Below are positions 1 to 7,378 of a stretch of 64,000 bases of DNA, piece after piece. Under the pieces are notes generated by a model that had not been told where the DNA came from, searched no databases, and saw nothing but the letters and a program-made list of their open reading frames with translations. How positions within the stretch are numbered: the first letter of the stretch is position 1; the number at the start of each line of letters is the position of its first letter. Both the position numbers and the translations under genes were made by a program. The DNA is from a virus: the IMG/VR virus record IMGVR_UViG_3300045988_162372. One strand, written 5' to 3'.

Positions 1-859
1 CCAAATGATGATTTTGCATCATCCCTTGCACATTAAGGTTCTCAAGGCAGATTGTATCGTATTTTCGGATAAGACATGTTGTCAACTTGTGCAGGAAATC
101 CGACCTGCGGTTGGATATCCTTCTGTATTGTTTTGCGGCTTTAATTCTCAACCTTTCCCTTCTTTTTGAATTTTTCTGGGCTTTTGAAAACCTGCGTTGC
201 AGTTTTCTCAAACGGATTTGTCCTTTTTCAAGGAATTTGTTATTTCCGTATTTTGTGCCATCGGACAATATGGCGAAGTCCTTGATGCCTAAGTCAATTC
301 CCACTGCTGTTTCCTCACAAACTTTGGCTTTCGGCTTGCAAGGCTTGTTGTCCTCGACAATGATTACACACCAGTATTCTCCACATTTGTCCTGTGACAC
401 TGTAAGAGTCCCAATCTTGCATTTTGACAAGTCAAATGCCTTGTTAAGGCAAATCTTTGTCCACCCCATCTTTGGAATCCTGACTTTCCATTTGTCAAAG
501 TCAAACCTCACGTTATTGATAAACTTGCAGACGTTTTTGCTATGTTTCTTTGATTTGAATTTTGGAAAACCCTTCTTTGCCTTGAAGAACTGCGTGTAGG
601 CATTGTCAAGATTTCTTAGAGATTGTTGCAAACTTTCGTTTGCTACATCTTTGAGCCATTTGTGTTCTCCATCATTCTTTAACAGTGTCAGTTCCTTTGC
701 AAGTTGGAGATACCCGATGGATTTCTTCTCCTTTGTCCATGCTTCCATCTTTCGGCTTAATCCCCAGTTATATATGAAACGGCAACAACCAAAATGCTGC
801 AACAGCAAACGCTGTTGCCTCATCGTTGGTTTGAGTTTGTATCTGTACGCTCGTTTCAT
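1..859 (-). CDS. tnpB: TnpB-like RNA-guided endonuclease (IS200/IS605-family OrfB). Only the N-terminal 286 codons are present, and the 3' end lies beyond the window start.
   Basis: Hand translation of the minus strand from ATG 859..857 gives MKRAYRYKLKPTMRQQRLLLQHFGCCRFIYNWGLSRKMEAW... The frame stays open for 286 codons to position 2 with no stop. It is absent from the ORF track because no stop codon falls in the window. There is a RuvC-I-like motif AVGIDLGIKDFAILSDG and a RuvC-II-like motif DTICLENLNVQGMMQN. The + strand ORFs 87..599 and 603..962 are low-complexity antisense artefacts. Confidence 0.85.
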   Translation of the reverse strand, partial: MKRAYRYKLKPTMRQQRLLLQHFGCCRFIYNWGLSRKMEAWTKEKKSIGYLQLAKELTLLKNDGEHKWLKDVANESLQQSLRNLDNAYTQFFKAKKGFPKFKSKKHSKNVCKFINNVRFDFDKWKVRIPKMGWTKICLNKAFDLSKCKIGTLTVSQDKCGEYWCVIIVEDNKPCKPKAKVCEETAVGIDLGIKDFAILSDGTKYGNNKFLEKGQIRLRKLQRRFSKAQKNSKRRERLRIKAAKQYRRISNRRSDFLHKLTTCLIRKYDTICLENLNVQGMMQNHHL

Positions 860-906
860 ATCTTTTATCGTTTCTCTTACATTTATAAATATCTGTTACT
901 TTTCAA

Positions 907-940
907 AAATTGATAGAAAACTTTGTTTTCTTATCAATTT
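907..940. terminator. Strong hairpin with a 15-bp stem and one bulge. It could be a bidirectional terminator-like element or an IS left-end hairpin.
   Basis: The sequence is AAATTGATAGAAAAC-TTT-GTTTTCTTATCAATTT. A T-run follows it on both strands (TCATTTTTTT on +, TTTTTG on -). It lies 41 nt after the clpP stop and 48 nt before the tnpB ATG. Confidence 0.45.
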
Positions 941-980
941 TCATTTTTTTATTCCTGGGTAAACTGGTATATTATTACCA

Positions 981-1646
981 TTATTTATTTGTAATAATTT
1001 TATCAATAAATCCATTATCAACAGCTTCTTGCGCTGTCATAATTGTATCTCTATCACACATTCTCTCAATTGTTTCATAATCAAGATTGCTATTATCAGT
1101 AAGAATTTGTGTTAGTTCCTTTTTCAGTATATCAATTTCACGTGCATGTATTTGAATATCCGATGCCTGTGTTCCTGGGGATATACCTGACATTGGTTGA
1201 TGGATCAAGAATCTTGCATGAGGAAGGATAAAACGTTTCCCCTTTGTTCCACTGCTTGCAATTATTGTTGCCATTGATGCCACCATTCCCATAGACACTG
1301 TTGAAACATCTGGTTTGATATAATTCATGCTATCAAGTATGACATAGCCCGAATATATGCTCCCGCCAGGAGATGCTATTTGGATTGTTATGTCAGTATC
1401 ACCTTGTTGCTCAAGCCAGAGAAGTTGTGCCGATATGATATTTGCCACATCACTATTGATTTCTGTGCCAAGAAAAACAATTCTATCCATCATGAGTCGT
1501 GAAAAAATAGATAGGCTTATGAGCGGTGAATTTCTTTCCTCAATAATTGATGGTTCAATATAGTTACAATAACTATCCAACATATTTGAACCAATCCCTC
1601 TGCTTAGAGCAAACTTTTGAAAATCTTTATATTGTTTATTTTCCAT
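981..1646 (-). CDS. clpP: ClpP-family (S14) serine peptidase. It could act as a prohead or regulatory protease.
   Basis: 221 aa. The catalytic-triad contexts match ClpP: GMVASMA (Ser), FLIHQPMSG (His) and MCDRDT (Asp). Collinear similarity extends over the whole length. Confidence 0.85.
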   Translation of the reverse strand: MENKQYKDFQKFALSRGIGSNMLDSYCNYIEPSIIEERNSPLISLSIFSRLMMDRIVFLGTEINSDVANIISAQLLWLEQQGDTDITIQIASPGGSIYSGYVILDSMNYIKPDVSTVSMGMVASMATIIASSGTKGKRFILPHARFLIHQPMSGISPGTQASDIQIHAREIDILKKELTQILTDNSNLDYETIERMCDRDTIMTAQEAVDNGFIDKIITNK

Positions 1647-2367
1647 CGTAAATTCTTTCTTTTGCTATATTATAATAATTTTCATCAATCTCTATCCCCA
1701 CAAAATTCCTATTCGTATTTTGACAAGCAATGCCCGTGCTTCCACTACCCATACAAAAATCCAACACATTTCCATTCTCAGGACAGTAGGATTTAACCAA
1801 GAATTTCATTAATTCCACTGGTTTCTGTGTAGGATGTACTTGGTCTTGTCTTCTCCATTTTTGAGGAAAATCAAGTATTGTTGTGGGGTGTCTTGTTCCT
1901 TTGTTATCCGTTTGAACTCCCTTAATGCCATATTTCAAATTATTCACCTTGTTTGGTGTATATTTCCTTTTATACGGCTCTCCTTTTTGCATTTGTGGCT
2001 CATAATAACTGCCACTATCCCCAAACACTAAAATATTCTCGTGTTTCTTCAAAGGCATATATTTGGCAGTCAATGGTGAGCCACATTTTGACTTCTTCCA
2101 AATAAGTTCGTATCTGAATTTACTGATATTGCTTAAAGCAAGTTCAAACGTATATGTTCCAGAACTAAACAAGACAATATTTCCTTTGGGGACAATAAGT
2201 TGATTCAAGCACTCCCACATCTTATCGAATGGTATCTTTGTATCAAACTTATTATTATGTATCCCATAAGGAGGGTCACAGATGATTGCATTGAATTTAA
2301 TGCCTTCTGTAATTAATTTGTGCATTTCCTCAATACAATCACCTAATATTAACCTTATTTCACTCAT
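1636..2367 (-). CDS. Beta-class DNA methyltransferase, probably N6-adenine (N4-cytosine not excluded)
   Basis: 243 aa. Motif IV (ICDPPYG) precedes motif I (FCMGSGSTGIAC). The gene overlaps the clpP start by 11 nt, and its ATG overlaps the upstream stop as TAATG. Confidence 0.8.
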   Translation of the reverse strand: MSEIRLILGDCIEEMHKLITEGIKFNAIICDPPYGIHNNKFDTKIPFDKMWECLNQLIVPKGNIVLFSSGTYTFELALSNISKFRYELIWKKSKCGSPLTAKYMPLKKHENILVFGDSGSYYEPQMQKGEPYKRKYTPNKVNNLKYGIKGVQTDNKGTRHPTTILDFPQKWRRQDQVHPTQKPVELMKFLVKSYCPENGNVLDFCMGSGSTGIACQNTNRNFVGIEIDENYYNIAKERIYDGK

Positions 2368-2834
2368 TACTTGCTTTTTCTTTTTGCTGCACGTTCCGCT
2401 TTCTGACGTTCTTTCTCTTCTTTTTCTTCCTCTTCAATCTGAATGATAGCATGTACACCTGCCTCTGCTGCGTTGAGTAATTCTTCACCCCATTTTGCAC
2501 GTCCATCAATAGATACCTCAATGTGAGGACAACCAATTGTAATCTTATCTTTTTCTGTGTCGAAATTGATTTGGTTAAATGCATCTCTAATAAGAATTTC
2601 CTTCTGTCTGTCTTCAAGCATATCAAACGCACGTTCATAAATGAAGATATTCACAGTGTCGGGTTTATTTGTTTTCCATTTAGTTACAGCATTGTCAAGT
2701 TGTACCTTAATAACTTGTTTGTCCTTAACCTTTCCAATACCCTCAATACGAACATAATTATACAAACCAAGTTCTTCTGAAATTTTCTGAATCAATTCCG
2801 CATTCACTTCCGATAAATTACTAAATTGTGCCAT
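2367..2834 (-). CDS. Hypothetical protein, 155 aa, with a Glu/Lys-rich tail
   Basis: Clean ORF with an ATG start. A consensus promoter lies 40 nt upstream. It is the first gene of the operon ending with clpP. Confidence 0.7.
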   Translation of the reverse strand: MAQFSNLSEVNAELIQKISEELGLYNYVRIEGIGKVKDKQVIKVQLDNAVTKWKTNKPDTVNIFIYERAFDMLEDRQKEILIRDAFNQINFDTEKDKITIGCPHIEVSIDGRAKWGEELLNAAEAGVHAIIQIEEEEKEEKERQKAERAAKRKSK

Positions 2835-2874
2835 AATTCAATCACTTTTTTAATTGTTAAACCTTAATTTTTTG

Positions 2875-2882
2875 CAAATGTA
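2875..2882 (-). promoter_or_regulatory. Bacteroidota-type promoter, -7 box TACATTTG
   Basis: The minus strand reads aagTTTG-19 nt-TACATTTGCAAAA. The box is preceded by GTAG as in the other family members. It is 40 nt upstream of ATG 2834. Confidence 0.7.
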
Positions 2883-2887
2883 CTACT

Positions 2888-2895
2888 TATTTTTG
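2888..2895 (+). promoter_or_regulatory. Possible divergent -7 box TATTTTTG for the + strand gene at 2959
   Basis: It matches TAnnTTTG on the + strand 64 nt upstream of ATG 2959. No correctly spaced -33 TTTG was found. Confidence 0.35.
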
Positions 2896-2958
2896 TAACC
2901 ACAAACTTTCAGTATGATATTTATTTCTAAATAATGATTGTTTAACAAGATTTAATAT

Positions 2959-3858
2959 ATGAAAAGTTTAGCAAGAATGCTTAGAGAACAAGCTGAACGT
3001 GAACAGCGAAAAGCTGAAAAAGAGCGCATTAAGAAAGAAAAGGAAGAAGAAAAAAAGCGTTTGAAACGTATAGAACATAAAAAGAAACTCAAACATAAAC
3101 AAAATCAAAGATACTATAAAAAAGTAAAAGCGAAACGTTTGCAGGAGAGAAAGGAAAAAGGTGATAAGAAAGCCTATCATATGGTTGTGATTATGAAAAA
3201 CTACAAACGTAAAAAGAGGCTTGGTTTTTCATGGTGGATGACTGATGCTTATGACATGTACAATAAAGCTATTGAGGAAAATCAAGCGACAGTTAAATTT
3301 CCCGTTCAAATACATGAGGGAAATGAAAAAAGACAAAAAGATGGTGAACGAAGCATTAATGCAACCTATGAAATAATGATATTACAGAGAACTCCTGAAG
3401 GGCAGCAAATAAACAGTTTTCGAAACAAATCGGGCAAATTCATTCCTAATATTATTATAGATGATGAGAATTACACTATCATTGCAAAACATGAATGGCT
3501 TGTAGAGGAAACTTTCAATGTCTATGGCTATCACCCTGTAAAAGATAGAAAAACTTTTGATTTCGTTCTCAATGAAATGGTATTGAAAGATTGTGAAAGG
3601 GATAATATAAAACGTATATTCTCATTCAATAATAGGGTTTTAATTCAGTATGACAGTGATATTGATATTATAACGTGTAAGACTGCTTCCGACGCAAAAA
3701 GGCTTTATAGTGAGCTTAAAAAAGCTACTGATGGTAACAAATTCCTTATATTTACAGAAGGTATGACAAGCAAGAATATCTCTACTTGGGTATTGAATAA
3801 ATTGGAGGAGAAAACTGGATGGAAACGTTCCTCTTGCAAAAGAATTCACACGTTATAA
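2959..3858 (+). CDS. Hypothetical protein, 299 aa, with an N-terminal 70 aa Lys/Arg/Glu-rich stretch
   Basis: ATG start. It is one of only three convincing + strand genes. A hairpin plus T-run follows it. Confidence 0.75.
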   Translation: MKSLARMLREQAEREQRKAEKERIKKEKEEEKKRLKRIEHKKKLKHKQNQRYYKKVKAKRLQERKEKGDKKAYHMVVIMKNYKRKKRLGFSWWMTDAYDMYNKAIEENQATVKFPVQIHEGNEKRQKDGERSINATYEIMILQRTPEGQQINSFRNKSGKFIPNIIIDDENYTIIAKHEWLVEETFNVYGYHPVKDRKTFDFVLNEMVLKDCERDNIKRIFSFNNRVLIQYDSDIDIITCKTASDAKRLYSELKKATDGNKFLIFTEGMTSKNISTWVLNKLEEKTGWKRSSCKRIHTL

Positions 3859-3863
3859 TATAT

Positions 3864-3897
3864 AGAAGACGGGGATTATTCCTCTTCCTCGTCTTTT
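3864..3897 (+). terminator. Rho-independent terminator-like hairpin for the gene at 2959..3858
   Basis: AAGACGGGGA at 3866-3875 pairs with TCCTCGTCTT at 3886-3895 (one G-U pair). It runs into TTTTTCT. It lies 8 nt after the stop codon. Confidence 0.55.
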
Positions 3898-4112
3898 TCT
3901 TCCAGTCTAAAATTAATCCCGTTTATTGTTGCGGTTACAACATTGGTGTGTTTGAATTTCGTACTTGGGCTTGTCATTCTGTGTAGTTCCAAGTCTATCA
4001 TTTCCAAATCACGACTTGACATTTTCATTACAATCTGAATGTCTTTTGATATATGTTCTACTTTGCTATCTTTGAACAACTCTGCCACATTATATAAATC
4101 ATTGAATGTCAT
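3876..4112 (-). CDS. Hypothetical protein, 78 aa
   Basis: The ORF is in an operon-like series and overlaps the upstream gene by 14 nt. Confidence 0.55.
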   Translation of the reverse strand: MTFNDLYNVAELFKDSKVEHISKDIQIVMKMSSRDLEMIDLELHRMTSPSTKFKHTNVVTATINGINFRLEEKDEEEE

Positions 4113-4341
4113 CTTTCGTAATCCCCAATATAATTTTTATTTTATCAACAAATTCTCTCCACTTTACCTTAATAGGTTTTTTCTTTTTAATAGGCTTTAT
4201 ATAAGAAGTAATCGGTACATCTTTCATTTGCTGCTTAAGTTGTTTTGCTATTGCAAGTTTTGAAACTTCCAATTGTATTTTTATTGCTTCCTTATCTTGT
4301 TTGACTGCCTCTAATTCCCTATTCAATAAATAATCACTCAT
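4099..4341 (-). CDS. Hypothetical protein, 80 aa, Lys-rich with probable coiled coil
   Basis: The ORF is tightly spaced in the minus-strand series, 1 nt after the upstream stop. Confidence 0.55.
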   Translation of the reverse strand: MSDYLLNRELEAVKQDKEAIKIQLEVSKLAIAKQLKQQMKDVPITSYIKPIKKKKPIKVKWREFVDKIKIILGITKDDIQ

Positions 4342-4342
4342 T

Positions 4343-4717
4343 TTATTGTTCTTCGTCTGTATAAGTTATTCCCATTCTTTCCAACGCTTCATCCAAATGA
4401 TGTAACAATAATGTCATTCCTGCTGTCACAGCCATGTCAAGAGGTATTATCAGCCACCATAACCCAGTTGAGCCTAATATGATATTGAAAGGCGTAAATG
4501 GAACTGATATCCACAAATAATTGATAGTTGAGAACATGATACCAAGCCAACACGAACAACAAGCAACGCAAGTAAACAATTCTCCTATATGAGGATGTAT
4601 CTTATGTGCTATTGCCCTAATGTATTCAAATATATGTAGAAAGCCATCATAATATATGAGTAGTTCTGCCAATCCGAATACGCAAATAAAATAAATGATA
4701 ATCGTTACAATCTCCAT
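4343..4717 (-). CDS. Integral membrane protein, 124 aa, about 4 hydrophobic segments
   Basis: Hydrophobic stretches are present, plus a CVACCSCW motif. That motif is reminiscent of DUF1360-type membrane proteins (from memory only). Confidence 0.6.
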   Translation of the reverse strand: MEIVTIIIYFICVFGLAELLIYYDGFLHIFEYIRAIAHKIHPHIGELFTCVACCSCWLGIMFSTINYLWISVPFTPFNIILGSTGLWWLIIPLDMAVTAGMTLLLHHLDEALERMGITYTDEEQ

Positions 4718-4745
4718 AATATTCCCTTTATATATTTTGCGTTAT

Positions 4746-5327
4746 TTATTTTTTTTCTTGTTTTTCTTTGACTGCTTGTTCTATCATCTTATCAATCTCT
4801 GTCGGTTCTTTAACCTTGCTGTTTGTTTCTTCCAATGATACCATATTTTCTTCTTTTACTGGTTCTGTTATCACTTCTTCCTGTTTGTTTTCAAACTGGG
4901 TTTGTTTGCCATTGGCTGCATCATTTACTTCTGTTATATTATTCTCTTTTTCTTCTGTTACCTTTTTCTTTGGAAGTTTTTTCTTTTTCATCTTAAATTC
5001 CATAGTTCTCAACGTTTGCAAATCTGCTTCCAAGAAAATCTTTCTCATTTCATCGATCTTCTGCTTGAATAACTCGGATTTGGCCTCAATATCCTTATTA
5101 TATTCGATCGTTTCATCTATAAGTTCAAATACTTTCTCTACATCCATTTGCAAAGGCACCCAGTAGAATTGTCTTCCGTTTTCCGAAGTAGTTTGGATAT
5201 CACTGGAATTTATTTCCAATATAGTCCAATCTTTCGGATATTCCAAACTGATTATGACAGTACCTTCATATATGTTGAAATTTATCTTGTATGAAGATAA
5301 ACGTATTAATTGTTCATTTAAAGTCAT
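4746..5327 (-). CDS. Hypothetical protein, 193 aa
   Basis: ATG start with non-repetitive composition. The antisense ORF 4768..5166 is low-complexity. Confidence 0.65.
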   Translation of the reverse strand: MTLNEQLIRLSSYKINFNIYEGTVIISLEYPKDWTILEINSSDIQTTSENGRQFYWVPLQMDVEKVFELIDETIEYNKDIEAKSELFKQKIDEMRKIFLEADLQTLRTMEFKMKKKKLPKKKVTEEKENNITEVNDAANGKQTQFENKQEEVITEPVKEENMVSLEETNSKVKEPTEIDKMIEQAVKEKQEKK

Positions 5328-5330
5328 ATA

Positions 5331-5516
5331 TTATATTATTGCAATTAACAAGGTTATTATATATGAAATGGAACACCACACAAAAAATGTTCTCCATGCA
5401 CCTATCTTGTATTCTTTCAATAGTCTGAAACATTTGACAATATGAAGACTTTCCCTTATGAGATTCAATATTGCCATCACCAACAGAAAAATTATTAAAT
5501 TTGTAATAGTAATCAT
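5331..5516 (-). CDS. Small membrane protein, 61 aa, 2 hydrophobic segments (holin-like topology)
   Basis: MITITNLIIFLLVMAILNLI...FFVWCSISYIITLLIAII. ATG start. Confidence 0.5.
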   Translation of the reverse strand: MITITNLIIFLLVMAILNLIRESLHIVKCFRLLKEYKIGAWRTFFVWCSISYIITLLIAII

Positions 5517-5619
5517 CGTATATTAAAATAAACTTAATATCAATATACGAAAAAGGACAATCATAATCAATGTTTTTGACTATAAATTATCCTTCTAAAA
5601 ATATATAATATATGGAAAC

Positions 5620-6252
5620 TTATTTATTGAAATTCCATCCAATGCTAAAACCAACGAATATGTCTGGTTTCTTGTTGAATACTCCATAACCGACACTTAT
5701 TGACGGCCCATAATAGACGTTATCCCAAAATTTCTTCTTGTTATGCCATGTTGTGACATCTTCAATCTCCGCATTGGGGGAATGTCCAATTATTGTAGTA
5801 ACATTACCATTGTTTTCAGTATTGACTATTGTAAATTTGTCATTTAACTCAAAATTTGTCTTATGCCATTTCAATTCTTTGGCTTTGATTGCCAAATCAT
5901 ATCTTAACGTGTCATTGTCGTATGTATACTTATAAACAGAATCATTCCCTATGTCAATGGAAGAAACATAAACAGTGTCAGTTTTAAACCTATATACATA
6001 TTTTATCTCAACAGCACTCTCCAAGTTGCTCAAATTTTTAATGGAATCGTATAAGGCTTTATTTTCTTTTTCCAATTCCTTTAATTTCTGACTTTCATAC
6101 GTTTTGACATAAGTATTGTCGGTTTGTACAATAGTTTCTTGTTTTGTACTGTCTTTCCTGTCATTGAAAAACATATACACACAAGTCCCTAATAGAATTA
6201 CTATTACAATCCATTGCACTATGGTTATTATTTTTTTGACACGTTCCGACAT
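5620..6252 (-). CDS. Membrane-anchored protein, 210 aa, with an N-terminal TM helix
   Basis: The N-terminal hydrophobic segment is IITIVQWIVIVILLGTCVYMFF. The C-terminal part looks beta-rich and ends in GFSIGWNFNK. Confidence 0.65.
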   Translation of the reverse strand: MSERVKKIITIVQWIVIVILLGTCVYMFFNDRKDSTKQETIVQTDNTYVKTYESQKLKELEKENKALYDSIKNLSNLESAVEIKYVYRFKTDTVYVSSIDIGNDSVYKYTYDNDTLRYDLAIKAKELKWHKTNFELNDKFTIVNTENNGNVTTIIGHSPNAEIEDVTTWHNKKKFWDNVYYGPSISVGYGVFNKKPDIFVGFSIGWNFNK

Positions 6253-6272
6253 AATATAATTACAAACCTTGA

Positions 6273-7136
6273 TTACTTATTGTTTTTCTTCTCCATATCC
6301 TTTAACTCATTAATAAGTTTGGGAAGTGCTTCATCTTCGTGTTTTCTACTTTCGCAAGTGGTATCTTTAAAGTAATCAGAACTCTTATAACCACACAATT
6401 CCTGCATACGCTTGATTTGTTCTTCAATCTGTTCTTTTGTATCTTTCTTCGTTACCTTGATTTGTGTAAATGATTTCAAATTATCATCAACCTTGCATTC
6501 GATAAGATATTCATTGTTGTTCTTATCTTCCATAATGAAACGGCTTCCATCAAATTTGTAATCATCGGGAACTTTCTTGATTATTTGTGCTTCGCTCAAG
6601 AAAACAGTATTTTTAAAATGCAATTTCTTCATCTTTTTACTTTCGTTTTTATAAATTGTGTTATCTTCAAATTCTTTTTTGTCTTTGTTATGAGCTTTCA
6701 AACCTGCATGTCTTTCTTCGGTTTCTTTCTCGTTTTGCTCTTTGGATATATTTTCTCTTTCATCATAGAAATCTTTGTTTCCTGATACATCAATTGAATC
6801 ATCGACATCTGCATTTTTTTCATGTTCCTTTGATGCGAAACCATGTACTTGGGACTTAACTCTGTCCTTATATTCCTTACTGGGTACATACGCAAAGTTA
6901 ACATCCAAAGTTGTCTTGTTTGTGTCATATAGATTTTCAGGGGGTGTATCTCTTTTTTCATTGGTTGCCTTATCTTCCATTGCCCCTGTTTCTTTCATTA
7001 TGTCCTTAACAGCCTTTGCGTTGTTTTGTGCGTCATCTCTGATTACCTTCGGGTCAATTTTTGGTTTTGACTCATTGGCACTTTCCGCTAAGATGCGCTG
7101 TAATTCGCTAATAGTATATACTCCTTCTGAAAGCAT
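6273..7136 (-). CDS. Hypothetical acidic protein, 287 aa
   Basis: Long ORF in the minus-strand series. The overlapping + and - ORFs are shorter and low-complexity. Confidence 0.7.
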   Translation of the reverse strand: MLSEGVYTISELQRILAESANESKPKIDPKVIRDDAQNNAKAVKDIMKETGAMEDKATNEKRDTPPENLYDTNKTTLDVNFAYVPSKEYKDRVKSQVHGFASKEHEKNADVDDSIDVSGNKDFYDERENISKEQNEKETEERHAGLKAHNKDKKEFEDNTIYKNESKKMKKLHFKNTVFLSEAQIIKKVPDDYKFDGSRFIMEDKNNNEYLIECKVDDNLKSFTQIKVTKKDTKEQIEEQIKRMQELCGYKSSDYFKDTTCESRKHEDEALPKLINELKDMEKKNNK

Positions 7137-7167
7137 CTTTATATCTATTTTTAATATATTAATTTTT

Positions 7168-7368
7168 TTACCAAAATCTGTAGAAGCCTGTTGATAGTTT
7201 CAATCCTTCCATAAATTGCCTGTTTATCAGTTTGAGTTGTTTTTCCCTATCTTGTTCTTCTGTAGGTTTAGATTGTTCCTCTTTCAACTCGTTTGATATA
7301 TTTGCAAGATTTTCAAGAATGTTCATTTTATCAAACTCATCTCCTATACTACTATAAATATCTGCCAT
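7168..7368 (-). CDS. Hypothetical protein, about 66 aa
   Basis: The track start at 7407 is GTG and overlaps the upstream gene. The ATG at 7368 (MADIYSSIGDEF...) starts 10 nt after the upstream stop. Confidence 0.45.
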   Translation of the reverse strand: MADIYSSIGDEFDKMNILENLANISNELKEEQSKPTEEQDREKQLKLINRQFMEGLKLSTGFYRFW

Positions 7369-7378
7369 TTTACAAAAA

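Larger units (their letters stand above)
1..940 (-). mobile_element. IS200/IS605-family insertion. Only tnpB is visible, and the right boundary is uncertain.
   Basis: Sample lines in 1-860 count to about 40% G+C, against about 23-32% in the phage lines. The tnpB gene is present. A strong hairpin at 907-940 lies upstream of the tnpB start. No tnpA is visible between tnpB and clpP. Confidence 0.5.

Noticed and set aside
87-962. The + strand ORFs 87..599 and 603..962 from the track
   Set aside because: Their translations are low-complexity, rich in Leu/Phe/Ser/Cys. The first starts at TTG, and both lie antisense to a far more convincing tnpB reading frame on the minus strand.
5517-5549. The hairpin CGTATATT...AATATACG abutting the start of the gene at 5331..5516 as a regulatory element
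   Set aside because: The 8-bp stem consists mostly of A-T pairs, with a 17-nt loop, in an AT-rich spacer. This is too weak to separate from chance.
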